64,000 nucleotides of DNA from Geosiphon pyriformis uo1 (taxonomy: Eukaryota; Fungi; Glomeromycota): positions 434,001-498,000 of the forward strand of contig JAAOMT010000502.1 in assembly GCA_016748015.1 (NCBI GenBank), in the 5' to 3' direction. A program made the position numbers and the translations under genes. Below are positions 49,001 to 63,300 of this stretch, piece after piece (positions within the stretch are counted from its first letter, which is position 1; every line of letters begins with the position of its first letter). The notes under the pieces were generated by a model. That model searched no databases. It was not told the DNA's origin and was given only the letters and a program-made list of their open reading frames with translations.

Positions 49001-52000
49001 TAAAAAGCAGAATTAAAATTAAACATTAAAAAATGTTACTTTAAAAAAACAAATTTGATTTTTTTTGGATATATTATTAGCAAAGATAAAGTTCAAACCA
49101 ATTTAGGAACAATTAATGCTGTTAAAAATTTTCAAGTTCTCTGAAATACTACAGAACTAAAAAAATTTGTAGAATTAATCTTTTATTACTGAAAGTTTAT
49201 TAAAAAATTTTTAGAAATTACTAAACTACTTAATTACCTAATCAACAAAAACATAAAATATCAATAAATACAAACTCAACAACAACTATTCAACACCCTT
49301 AAAGAAAAACTTATCACAGTCTCAATTTTTACTTATTCAAATTTTAATAAAAGATTTTAGTTAGCTATTAATACTTTATATATAGCTTTTGGTACTATCT
49401 TATCATAATTGGATAACAATAGTAATAAGCAAATAATTGTTTATGCCAGAAAAACTCCCAAACCAACTGAATTCAAATATGAATTCACTAAATTGGAAAC
49501 AGCAGCTATTATTTGGACTCTAAAATACTTTCAACAATATTTCCAAAATAGACTTCAATTTAATATTATCACAAATAATATTGGTTTCAAATAGCTCAAC
49601 AAAAAAAGCTCTGAATTTAGTGCTAAACAATCTTGATGGTTTGATTTTCTAACAAACTACAAATATATTGTCTACTACAAATTAGGCAAATTGTATACAA
49701 ATGTAGATAGTCTTAAGACAAAATTAGAATCAATATCAACAAACTACTAATTTAATAATAGTCAACAAATAAAAATAGATCCTAAAAACTACAACAACAT
49801 TAAAAACTATCTAAAGATTTTTAACATATTAGAAAATTGGTTTCTAACTGAAAAACATTAATTATAACATTAATTCAAACAATATTTTCTGCATTACAAC
49901 AAAATTTATTATTAAAACTATTAAATCTAATAAATTTATTCAAATTAGTCCAACAAAATAAAAAAAACACTCTTATATAACATATATACAGATCTTTTAT
50001 TAAAATATCTAAGAAGAGACAACACAATACAAAAAACATAAAAACATTATTTTTGGTCTTACATGTATCAAGATATTTAATAGTATATAAAATTATGTAA
50101 TAGTTATTAAAGAAAAAAAGAAACCTGACTCATTGAATCTTTAAATCCAATCAAAGTTGGACAACTATTTAACAGAATAGGAATTAATTTAGTCAGACTA
50201 TTACTTATTATCACTCAAAGAAATTATTATATTATAGTCACAATAGATTATTTTACCAAATAGTCTAAAACCAGAGCTATTTAATAAGCAAATGCAAAAT
50301 CAGTAGCAAATTTTATTTATAAAAACATTATTTGTAGACATGAATGTTGTTACCCAAGTTGAAAAACCAATCCGAAGTTATGAAAAAACATGACCAAAAC
50401 ATAACATAACACAGAATAACGTTGAATAATGCATTATAACTTAGAATAGCACAGAATAATGTATTACAACATAGAATAACACAGAAAAACACATAATAAC
50501 ACTAAATAACGTATTATAACATAGAATAACTAGTAATAATGTAGAAAAACAAAGCAATAACAGAAATAACAAAGCAATAGTTAGCAATAATGAAACAATC
50601 AGAAGCAATTCTATAAAACCAAAAAAATGTATAAAAATGAGTAGTTGTAAAAAATAAAAAAAAACAGACAGATAGATATGAACCACTAAACAAGAATCAA
50701 ATATCTATACCCCTTTATCATTTATTATATTTCATATTCATCTTCTGAAATAAATCAATTATTAAGAAATCAGAATCACAAATTAATGTTTTTAAACTTT
50801 GTGAATTTTATGTGAATTAATTATTGTTTCATATCTTCGTTTTAGAACAGATGCTCTTAGCATAATCACCTTGAACTATTAATGATTTGGACCAATCACT
50901 CTTGATTATGGTGATTGATGATACTAATTCTTTTCTTTCTTTCTTTCTTTTATTTTTTTTTTCTTTTTATTTCTTTTTATTTCTTTTTATTTCTTTTCTT
51001 TATTTTTTTGTGGAGCAGCAACATAGTAAAATCAACTGTCTGAGAATAGACTTTATGATAGCCTGGTAAAAGAAAGAAGCTCTTTCTAGGTTTTTGGATA
51101 TTAACATTATCTTAATAGCTTACTAAAAGAGCAAAAAGACAATGCCAGACCTTAAGAGACTTATAATCAAGATTAAGCCACTGGAATTACATGAAACATG
51201 CCTTACCAATAATTGAAAGCACCAAATATTACCATCTTTTTATCTTACCAAGTTTATTTGTAAAAATGTCTAATTGAACTTTTATTTGATCAAAAAACAC
51301 ATTTTGTAAACAACTTGATACAAAAAATTTGTAAACAATTTAATATCAAACAATCTTTATTATCACTATATTATCTATAAACAAACAAATTGGTAGAATG
51401 TTTTAACCAAATATTGTGTAAATTATTAGCCAAAGTCTTAACCAATTTTGAACAAAAATAAGATATCTTTATTTTATTAGTGTTACTAGCATACAGAATA
51501 CTAAAACAAAATATCATAAAACACATATTTTTTGATCTAACTTATAGAAAAACAGCAATATTACCAATTAATTTTACTGTGAAAACATATTCAGTACAAC
51601 CAATTAATAAAAAACTTTTAGAAAACATTTTAATGAAGAATCTATATTCTTTTTAGTACTTTGGAAAAGAAATAACAAATAATAGCCATCTATATTGAAC
51701 ATTTTTAAGCTCAACAAAAAAAATAGCATGACAACAAATTGCCACCAATTACTAATAAGTTCAAAGTTAAAAACAAAGTTCTCTTATACAAAACTAAGAC
51801 TAAAAAACAATAGAGCAGAAAATTTAAACATAAATGACATAAACCATTCTATATTTATGAAATACTAGGCAATAGATTATATAAGTTAAGATTTGATAAC
51901 AAAGTTTTAGCAAAAATTGCACATGGAAATTAATTAAAACATTATTATTTCAGAAACAATTCTAAATCATTAATTCCACAAATTAGTATATATTTCTTTT

Positions 52001-54024
52001 TAATAATTGCTAAAGATATTTTTTGAAACTTAGAACCAATAGTTATAATAGAACAACAACCAAATTTGAATATTGAATTTAATATTAAAAATACACAAAT
52101 ATAAAACAAAAATAGTAAATAATTACAAAAAAACCCAAAACCAAAAATATATAAAAACCCAATACCCAAAAATATTTTTGTATTTTTTTTTTAAATTCTT
52201 TTTAAAATTTTACTTTTTATTTTAAATTTTTTTAAATTGAACTGCAGAGTGTCATCATCTCTTCTTTCCAAATTATTTTTCAACTTTGCTGGTAATTTCA
52301 AAGTTTTCAAGTTATCTCTTGTTAAAACTAAATTTTATGCCAAAGCTGCTGTCTTTTAATTGCAATTTTATTTTTTTAATATGATTATTTTATGAAATAT
52401 TTAACAAATATTCCAGAAATTAATATTAACTTTGAAAACACTCCCAAACTTATTCATAACAATTAATGAAAGTCAAATTAATTACACTCAAAAAAAAACT
52501 ACAATGTCAATAATAAATAATTCTAAGAATTATTACACTTATAAAAGAAACACAAAAAGTTATTTTGGAATTCAATTATCAGAACTTTTGAAGCAAACAT
52601 TAAAAAAAATTTTTTATTCACTCTTATTAATATTTTACCAAAAATCACAACACAACAAAAACTTCTGTAGTATTTTAATAAACAGAAAAATAAATATACT
52701 TTTATATATAGATATTTTATATTGGAAAAACACTTTATGAATAAAAATTAGAACTTGTAACAACAAATCTTACTCCTAAAGCTATATAAAAACAAATTTA
52801 CAACAAATTTAAAACAGTAGTTGGATCAACAAACACTTGTTATAAACTCAAAGCAGTACTTAGTTTCTATAACTTAATACTTGCAAAAACGTCTTATAAA
52901 ATCTAATACTTCAAACAATAAAGATTCAATACATTGACAAACTCACAAAACTAAAATTTTAACAATTTTCAGACCAAATTACTATGATTATTTTGGACTA
53001 CTATCTCAATATTACAGATAGTATTTGAATTTTAATGGAGTTTAGTTTTGAAAAGGAGATTATATTACCAGTAAAATTTTAACTATTAACTAGCATGAAA
53101 TTACTCTTATTATTAATTTGCATATATTAATATCATTTCAAATTATTACTTATTATTTAATTAAATTATTGAATATCACTATTTAATTAATAATCTGATT
53201 TATACAATAGAAATTAGGATAATTAAAATTACACAATACTCTAAACTATATAACATTCAAGAATTTGTCGAAATTGGTAAAAATTCACTAAAATAATAAA
53301 TAATTTACTGAAATAGTTAATAGTTTAACAAAATATATCTTTAATTCATCAAAATTATAGCAATGAAAAAAGTTTAAGTTCAAGTTCATAAACTAGTATT
53401 ATAACAAGTTGTATAAAAGAAGAACTTCTTTTTTTAAGAAAATATACTTTACTCAAAATTATTTTAGTTAGAATCAATTATCTTATACACATTTTCACAA
53501 AAAAACAAATAAAAATTAAATACTTTGAAAACCCAACTTTTTAAAATAAATTACACTTAATATTCCTTAAAACTCAACTAATATTTTAAAATTAATTAGC
53601 TATTAATTTTAGTAATTAGTTAGTGACTTCAGACCTGAACAGAGAATAATATTTCTTAACAAAATTTTATTTCTTTTACAATTTTTTTATTTCTTTTTAT
53701 TTTTTATTATTATAATTATTAGGATAGCTTACGGACAAGATTCCTGTAAAAAAATTGATTTTTTACAACAAAATAACTACATATTTTAGTAAGCTTCCAG
53801 ATGAGCAATTTTTGGAAAAGAGTTGACATTTACTACAATATAACTATACAAAACAACTGGCACAAAATTGGCCATTCTACTTATAAGTTCAGTAGTTCAA
53901 ATTATAAGAGATATTTGAAAATAAATTGAGTTATTAGATGTTTACTAGCTTTTAGAAAATATAAATTAACAGCAAACAGATATTAACAGCATTTAGAAAA
54001 AGAGACCAAAAACTTTTAATAATA
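46022..54024 (+). mobile_element. Ty3/Gypsy LTR retrotransposon A (dUTPase-RT-RH-IN, no visible gag or protease), highly decayed
   Basis: LTRs about 46022-46982 and 53063-54024 (~960 bp); CTAT TSD at 46018-46021 and 54025-54028; degenerate PBS tttggtgttct at 46983; PPT gaaaaggaga at about 53050. Remnants of dUTPase (INAEYDL), RT (RFCVNY, FGLCNTPAIF, YLDNI), RH (KLETAAIIW) and IN (IDYFTK). Confidence 0.9.
50348..51265. mobile_element. Solo LTR of a third family, inserted in the integrase of element A
   Basis: Ends tgttac...tgtaaaa; ATGT duplicated on both sides (50344-50347 and 51266-51269); integrase reading resumes (ICRHEC|LIELLFDQKTHFVN). Internal (ACAGAATAAC)-like tandem repeats at 50400-50600. 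Confidence 0.8.
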
Positions 54025-54347
54025 CTATTTAAACTAACTACAATTAAGACTGTTTTGTGATTTGTATTAAAGAATTTAAACATAATATCAACTTTATAAT
54101 CTACAACTGTAAATATTAGGTTTTAGTTTACAAAAATAAAATTTATAATCTTTTTAATATCTTTAAAATTGTTTTAAGTAGGAGTCTTAACTAATAAATG
54201 TCTACTAAATAAGTTGACTAGGCTTAAATCCAAACAAAACTTAAAATTTATACTTTTCTTTGAACTGTTTTTGTTGAAATTCTTACTCAAAACCACAAAA
54301 GTATTGAAATTAACTGTTTTAGTAATAAAAAAGTTAATTTTTGCTGT

Positions 54348-57300
54348 TGTTATTCATAAAAAAGAAAACAAATATAGAAAATAGTAGACCAATAAGAGAG
54401 TAGTAATTAGCATATGAGCATATTGCTCAGCAATATGAAGTGATGTTAGAAAATTAGAGCACATTGCTCAGCAATGTGAGCATTATTTAAGAAATTATAG
54501 CACATTGCTTGGGAATGTGAGCAATCTTGTAGAACATAAATTATGTATATATAATGTTAGCATTAGAAAAAAAAAGACAAACCTCTTAGTTTAGATTTAA
54601 TCTAAGCAACTTTCCACATCACAAATATCAATAACTAATTATTTAATATTTCAAATCTACTCCACACTATTAATACTTTATGTTGATAGTAATTGATACG
54701 TAATCTAACTGAAACAATAGCTCTTAATCATGACTATTGACAGGATACTAATATTTATTGTTTTGGCTTATTTCTTTATTTTTCTTTTATTTTTTTTCTT
54801 TTCTATTGCTTTGTTATTTTTTGTTATTGACTAATTGATTAAAGAGTAAAAGCACTAAGTTATTGATGTCACAAATAGTCTGGTAAAAAACCCAGAAATA
54901 AGGGTATAAGATTTATAAATTAACAGATAGCTTACCAGAAGGGCACAACTGTCAGAATAAACTGGCCACTATGCTGAAAACAGAAATTGGGAAAACAACT
55001 TGAGAGATCAACCAAAGCCAACTATAGTAAATCTCTGTTCATTATACAAAGGACTCAACCAAAACCTTCAGATCACAAAAACCTTCAAAAACCAACATCA
55101 TTATATCAACTGAACACCAAGTTATGAATTTGTTATTTACTTTGAGATTCCAAATAATTATCTGTAACATTTGGTGCTCTCTGTGAGGTTTAATCTTATA
55201 GAAAACCAGCACTAACAACAATTATTCAAAAGTGACAGAATCAGAAATAATAGGAACAAACTATTTAGAATTTGCTAAATTCTTATTTTAACAATACAGC
55301 CAACAATTGGACTTAACCAACAACTATTATCCAATAGAATCAGCCTTCAATTTTTACATTAATGAGAAAATCACAGATTTTTTAGAAAGACCAGTTGATA
55401 TTGAATCAGACAGAGAAAATTTCTATACAGAATTAATCTAACACATCAGCTTATCATGAAATTATAGTTTTGTACCAATTATCAAAAAAATTAATCAAGA
55501 AATTGAAAAATACACTCAACAACAATTCCCCATTATTTATGCAGATAAAAGTAAAGGAAAGTTACAAACCCCAGCAGTAACTCCAAAAGAAATACAACTA
55601 CCAACGTGAAAGAAACAAAGAATCAAATCTCTATTATATCTATCATACCATCACACATCCAGAAATACCATTAATATTACATTAACAGACATGTTCACAT
55701 TAAACATGACATCAACATTTGGATGACTTCTATTTTAAAGTAAACAAAAAAAAGCAGAATTATTAGGAATCTATAATAATTACTTCAAAGAATTTAAATT
55801 GTAATTACCAACACCATCAGAATTTTAATCACTGCCACTTTCACCAGATTTTGGAACTGGAGATAATGGCATTAAAAAAAATGAATAAAGAGGATCAAGA
55901 ATTTAATTATCAAAATCTGATCACAGAAAATTCAGAAATTAAAACTCTGAATATTCAAACCCAGCAAGCTCTGAATAATCTAAATTCTGAGTTAATTAAT
56001 CAAGAAAACTTATCTTTAGAAATTGTCATCAATTAGCAACCAATTAATCCGATTACTAAACAACTTCAACAGCCACCAATATTATCCCAACAATTATCCC
56101 TTCAACCACCATAACAACCAAACTTAGATCCAATGGCCTATATCCTAATAGTAAAACTTGAAAAGTTTACAGGCAAAGAAGATGATGTTTAAGTGTGACT
56201 GAATAATGTGGAAAAAGTCATTGCAGCCAATAGATGGAATGATGCCAGAGCCATACAAGCCATTCTATATTTTTTTTAGAATACTGCCAACTCATAGTAT
56301 CAAAGCTTAGTTAACAAATCTTAAGATTTTAATGCATTTAAGCTTGCATTCCTACAATATTTCAACAATAATAATAACATCAACCAATTGGCCAACACTT
56401 TTACTACCATTAAGCAAAGAAAAAGTGAAGCAGTCACTATCTATTTAGAACACTTTCATAGGAATCTGTGCCAAATTCAGACAATTCAAGCTGATTATTT
56501 TACAGCACCACAAATTCTAAATTAATTTATTAGAAGTTTGTGCAGTAGCATTCTTTAATGTGTACATCCATTATATTGAGCAGACTTTTAAGCCACAGTT
56601 ACAAATGCCAGAGATTTTGAAGCAGCTGAACTCAAAGCTAACCACGCCCAAGCCATAAATCTAGTAATAAACAGATCATCTGACTTGGATTCTAAATTGA
56701 AGCAATTCAGTAAATCAATTAATCAGAAATTAGAGGAATACTTAGCTAACAACAATTAGGCAATTTATCAATCTTATTAATGATGCAATAATTAAAGAAA
56801 CTCTAATCACATCCAAAATCAATCATGTTCAGCATTGTTGACCAATCAACAGTGACAACAGAAAACACATAATTGCCACTATTGTGGGAAACAAAAACAC
56901 TTACAAATTGACTGCCACCATTGCTTAAATAATCAATGATTAGGAAATCAGTATCAAAACTCCAATTGTTGGTTTCAAACTCCAAGTTACCAACCAAACC
57001 CAGAACCATATCATCAGAATTACCTATCAATGACACAGCAACCAATATATTAACTGCCAATATATCAAACTCCAACATCTGTAATATATTAACCATAGTT
57101 ATAAGTAATATATCAGTCTTCACAAATTCAAACACCATTACAAAACTTACCTTAAAATGAAATCCAAAAGCCAAAAATGACACAACAAAGCTGGAGATCA
57201 GTGATAGTAGTCCATCAATTGATTCTCAGTTCTTCAGCTCAACTATCAAGATCTCGACAGCAGAATTTGGGCACTGGGTACATTCAAAACCCAAATTTTC

Positions 57301-60300
57301 AACACTATTTAAGCCTTTTAGTAATCCCAAAAAATGCTTTATCCAATAACTTAAGAACCAACCAAACAAAACCACTTATTACCAACATACCTTCAGCCAT
57401 TGTTACCAATGATGAATTACTAGCAGCAATTTTTCTGTTCGAACTTAAGGAACTATCATCTATGCCATTGTTCAGTGGAGTCATGCTCAAAGAAAAACCA
57501 ATCACCACTATGTACACAGATGCTAAAATTGATAGCCATCCCATTAAACTAATATTAAATAGTGAGTCAGCAGGCAGCATTATCACATAACAACTTATGG
57601 ACCAATTAGGTTGCTGAGTTGATTGTGCTGCCAGCACCAGAATCATAACAGCTAATAGAGTGACTAAAACTCCAATTGGCAAGATTGATGACCTTTTCAT
57701 AGAAGTCAACAGCATCATAGTACCAATTAAAATATTACTTATGGAAGCCACTTAGTATCAAGCACTCGTTGATAATGACTGGTTGTTCAAAACCAACACA
57801 GTACTTAACTGAAACATCCAAGAACTGCAGCTTAATTAAAATGGCCACCACACATGTGTGCCAACCACTTGTGGTCATTTCAAGACCATTACCAATGACA
57901 AGCTGCTTATCAAATTGGAAGAAGAAGAAAAAAAACCTACTTGGAAAGCCTACTAAGTTTCATGAACTAACATTGAGCACAACAAGTTATCATTAGTACT
58001 TTTCTGAAATAACAAAGAGAAAGAAAAGGAAGAAAATGTAGCAGAAAAAAACACCATTACCAAAAAGATAATTAGTGGCTGGGAAAAATCCTACTCACAC
58101 AAGTCACTGAAACAACTGCCATATATCTTACTCAAATACCAAGATTATGACAAGAAACTTTTTTCTATGGAAGCTTGGATTGTGCTCAACAAAGATTACT
58201 GAACACAAACCTACTATTACTGCAAGTCATGTTACAAAAAACAGTATGGCTATCTAAAATGACAAGGCAAGTGGGACAACAAACTATGTCTCACTTGTGG
58301 GGAACAGTTGCTCAACAAAGGAATGTGAAATGATATTCCTAGTCGAAGAGAAATGTATGACACTTTGTGCCAGTACATGATTCTTATAAGCAACTGGATC
58401 AGTCATGGCACTCTTATTACTGCAGTCTGGTATTGAGCAATAACTTGTTTGGATGGTTATTCACACAATAAAAACGAGATCTAACAGATGACAAATGCCA
58501 AAGTTGAAAGAGCCACACCCAGCAAAATATTGGAAATCAAAAATAATTCTTTAGAACCAGTTGATATCATTCTTATTCCAAACCCTAATGCTTTTCTCGA
58601 CATAGAAACAGGCCCAAAAGAGTTTCATGAGCACTATCAAAATTTGGCACAAACAAAAGAAGAGCAAAAACAGCATTTGGAAGAAATAAATACTCAATTA
58701 TGTGACTACTGTTTGATTCCATATGACTTTCAATATTGTAATAAATGTGATTTCATTTACAATCCACTACCATGCATAATCTACACAATTCCAAAAGAGG
58801 AAGAACCAATCAACAGCTGCACATCAGAATCAGAATCAATTTTCAATCTTGATTCAAACTCTGACAATGACAATAATAAAAACAACAGTTCTAGCTCTAT
58901 GCAAATTGGCAATAACAATACTAACAATTTGAACTTAGATTCAAACTCCAAACAATACATTGCACTTCCTGATCTCTCTAAGGAGCAAGAACTCAGATGG
59001 TTCAGTAACAACAATAAAAGTATTATGCCAGAACATGCAAATAATACTGATGCCAGGTTTGATTTAAAATATCCAGAGAAAGACACTATTAAATTGGAAC
59101 CATATTTGTGCACATGTATTGATCTCAAAGTAGCATTAGAAATCCCAGCAACAACAATAGTTCAACTAGCATTTAGAAGTAATTTAGCAAAAAAGGGAAT
59201 TAACATCAGAGGAAGAATAATTGATACAGGATATGTAGAAAATATTGTTGCAATGCTACAAAATGACTCAGAAAAGGCCTACATTATAGAGCCAAACAAA
59301 AAAATAGCACAGACAATATTTTCCTCTGATTAAAATAGCCCAATTAGTATCAATGAGAAACTGGGAAGAATTAGGGATTACAGCTAGAGGGATACAAGAT
59401 TTCAGATATATGAATAGAATAGATATATCAGTCAATATGGCAGAGAAAGAAGTTGTTGACAAAGGAGAAATTATTTTTACCCATCAATCAATCTTCATTA
59501 TACTATATAATCAGTACATAGTAGTCATAAAGAAAAAAATAAAGGATCAGATTCAGATTTTTGAGACAGAAGCAACACTTTGTGAATTAAAAGAGATTGA
59601 ATTAGTCAATCTACACATACCAGCCAAAAACTAGAGTTACATCAAAATTTCCATTTACAACAACATGAAAAACACCATTGAGATACCAAAAAGAACTATT
59701 ATTGAATAATTAACCTCCAAAATTGAAGAACAATCACCAAAACTCATTCCAGACTTTTCACAACTATGTGAATATATAGATATTACATCTCAAACAATAT
59801 ATGGACAAGAAAAATGTTATCTGCTCCAATCAGAACAATTGGAACAGATGAACATAAAAAATTTAGACTCACTACAATATATGTAGCTTAAGATATTATT
59901 CAACAACTTCAATAATATTTTTGCCAGTGAAAAACAAATTTGGCAGAACTAATATCATTCAACATCAAATAAAACCTGGAGATATAATGTCAATTAAGCA
60001 AAGAGCATACAGAGTATTACCAGCCAGTTATGAAATCATTTGTTAAGAAATCAATTAAATGCTTGACAACAGGCTAATTAGCCATCAATAAGTTTATGGT
60101 CATCACTGGTGATACTAGTCCATAAGAAAAATAGAAAAATCTGCTTTTGTGTGGATTACTGAAAACTGAATGGAGTAACCAAAGGAGATAACTACCCAAC
60201 ACCAAAAATCCAAGAGCTGTTCGATGCTTTTGAAGAAAAAAAATAGTTTTCAACTTTAAACTTAGATAATGATTACTGGCAAGTAGCCATAAAACCAGAA

Positions 60301-63300
60301 GACAAGGAGGAAATGACTTTTACAACTCGAGAAAGAAATTTCGAATTTGAAGTGATACCATTTGGCTTGATAAATGCTTCAGCCACATTTCAATGGCTTA
60401 TGGAAATTGTCTATATGAGACTGCTATGGAAATTAGTAGTCATATATCTGAATGACACTAATGTGTTCTCAAAAACATTTGATGATTATCTACATTATCT
60501 TTAACAAGTATTTGAAAGACTTAGATGAGCAGGATTGAAATTAAATGCAAACAAATGCTTTTTTAGAAAAACAGAGCTAAAATTCTTGAGACATGTTGTG
60601 AGCAAAGATGGAATCAAAATGAATCCAGACAAAATTAAGATAGTTAAAAACTTTTTAGTACTCACCAACTTGACAGAATTAAGAGCATTCTTGGGATTTG
60701 CTGAATACTACTGCCACTTCATTAAAGACTTTTCCAAAATAGCTCAACTACTATATCAACTTTAAACAAAGAATACCAAATACAAATAGACTGAAATCCA
60801 ACAAAAAGCCTTTAATATATTAAAAAGAAAGCTTATTCAAGCCCCAGTATTAATTTATTCAGACCACAACAAACCATTCATTATTACCACTGATGCATCT
60901 TGACAAGCTTTGGGAGCAGTAATATCTCAAAAAAGACCAGATAAATAAAAACACTTAGTAGCTTATGCCAACAGAAGCTTAAGTTCAGCTGAAAAAAAAC
61001 TATAGAACTCTAGCATTGGAACACTTAGCTATCTATTGGGCTGTCACCAAATGAAAAAAATACTTGAATCAAAAATTTGATGTGTATACTGATCACAAAG
61101 AATTGACTTCAATCCAGAAGCAAAAATTTGGAGATAATTGTCATACCAGATAGAAAATAGATCTTTCCTTATTTAACTATACAGTAAATTATAAAAAAGG
61201 AAAAGAAAACAGAAATGCCAACAGTTTGTCATAAATGAAAAAAATCTAAAAACATTTTAACCCAAAAATATAACAAAAAATAAATATACAAAAATATTAA
61301 CAACTCCAACATTATATAAATATACAATTGTTCAAGAAGAAATTATCTCAAAAAGAACAAAACAACATAAAACAACAATCAAAATATTTTATTAAATATT
61401 AAAATATACTTTACCAGAAGTATAAAAGAAATCCAAATCAATTAACTAGAGTAATTACAAAACCAGAAAAAGAGACAATATTATTTAACATATACTTAAA
61501 TCCAACAACAGAATATTTTCATAAAGAAGCAACCATAGAAAGAATCAGAAAAAAATATTATTGGCCATCAATATATTCAAACATCATCCAATATGTTCAA
61601 AATTGTGATGCTTGTCAGAGAAGAAAAAGAACAAAATCCAGTAAACTATTAAGACCAATTAAAGTGAGACAACCATTCAATCACATTGGAATTGACTTAA
61701 TTAGACCATTAACCATAACCAGCAGAGACAACAAATATATTGTAGTAGTCATAAATTATCTTACTAAATGGCCAGAAGCAAAAGCCATTCAAAGAGCAAA
61801 TGCAGAATTCATTGCCAAATTCATTCATCAAGATTTGATCTGTTGACATGAATGTCTAAAAGAATTATTATCAGATGAAAAAACTCACTTTGTGAATAGA
61901 ACATTAGCAGAACTAAGTCAAAGATTTGGAATCAAAAGACCATTATCATCACTATACCATCTACAAACAAATGAGTTAGCTGAAAAGTTTAATAAAACAT
62001 TGTGTAAAGCAATTGCCAAAATTAGCCAAGATCAGCCAAGAAAACCAGAACAAATGGGATTTGATTATACTATTAGTATTATTTGCTTATTGGACAATGA
62101 AACAAGACACTACACAAGCAATACTATTTGAGTTAGTATATGATAGAACAGCAACATTACCAGTTAAGATAAAAGTCAAAACCTATCCAACAGAACTAAT
62201 AACAGAAGAAAATTTTCAAAGAACATTGTTGAAAAGAACATATAACTTAATGGAAACACTAGAAAACAAATAGCAAAGAACAGTTGATAACATTCAAAAG
62301 TCACAAGAAAAACAAAAAAAAAGACATGATAACCAACTATCAGATAAACCAGTTGAATTCAAGATTAGAGACAAAGTACTTTTACATCATACCAAAATGA
62401 AAAAACAATGGAATAGAAAATTTGACTCCAAATAAGATGAACCATTTTACATAGAAGAAATTCTAGGAAATAGAGCTTATAAATTAAAATAGAACAACAA
62501 AATCTTAGCCAAAGTAGCACATAATAATCAACTGAAACCATATTACCATATAGTGTCATTATCCATCAGTAATATTCCACAATTAGGAGTACAAAAACTA
62601 CTAGTTTAACCAGATGAGATTTCACAAAATTTGGAACCAATAGTAGTTATTGAACCAAACACATCAAATTGAACAACCAAAAGAGTATATAAAGACATGA
62701 TATATGTGACAAAAACAACAAAGAAAAATGAAAATATCAGAGTATATTCACACTTTAGCTTAACAATTGTTTTAGGCTTTAAGTCAACAACAAGTAAACA
62801 TAGAAATTATCATTAACAACCAAACAATCTGTTATTGAAACACCAAACAAAAAGGGAAAAGTACATTATACCAGCAACCACAGAAACAATTAATAAACTG
62901 GTCAGATAAAATAGTAGAGAAAGTAAAAAACACTTTTGGAAAGATAACCATTATTATTCCAACAAAAAAACTGACAAAAGAAAATTGGAACCAATAGATA
63001 GACTAACTTCCAATTCCATACTGCTACTATTAATTGGAATAAAAAGTAGATATTCAAAAGTTATATCTTGATAAATCCAAGAGAATCTTTAATCAAGAAA
63101 TAGTCTGGAACATTAAAGACATTATTGGAAAAAAAACAAACTTGACATTAGACATCAAGACTATTTATCGACTACACACTATATTTTAAAACTACTCAGA
63201 AGTATTGTTATATTCTGACATAGAAACAATAACTATCAATCAATGGAGAAGAATGAACAACTCACAAATTGAAGAAATAAAGAGTAGAATGGAACAGATG

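Larger units (their letters stand above)
41910..54347 (-). mobile_element. Degenerate LINE (EN-RT ORF2), split by Gypsy element A and cut at 54348 by Gypsy element B
   Basis: A-rich 3' tail at about 41910-41935; C-terminal LATKLRVHYEKHGLLPRD; RT/thumb remnants NEFFQINNI..K and Y..IFLSTN..KPSL (44.17-44.36 kb); endonuclease end FNTNHKTV and PT*NN..IINFIF (54.03-54.2 kb). Reading is continuous across the 46021/54029 junction. Confidence 0.8.

Noticed and set aside
54410-54525. CRISPR-like array
   Set aside because: Only 3 degenerate units, located inside an LTR and repeated in the other LTR. Eukaryotic context with no cas genes.
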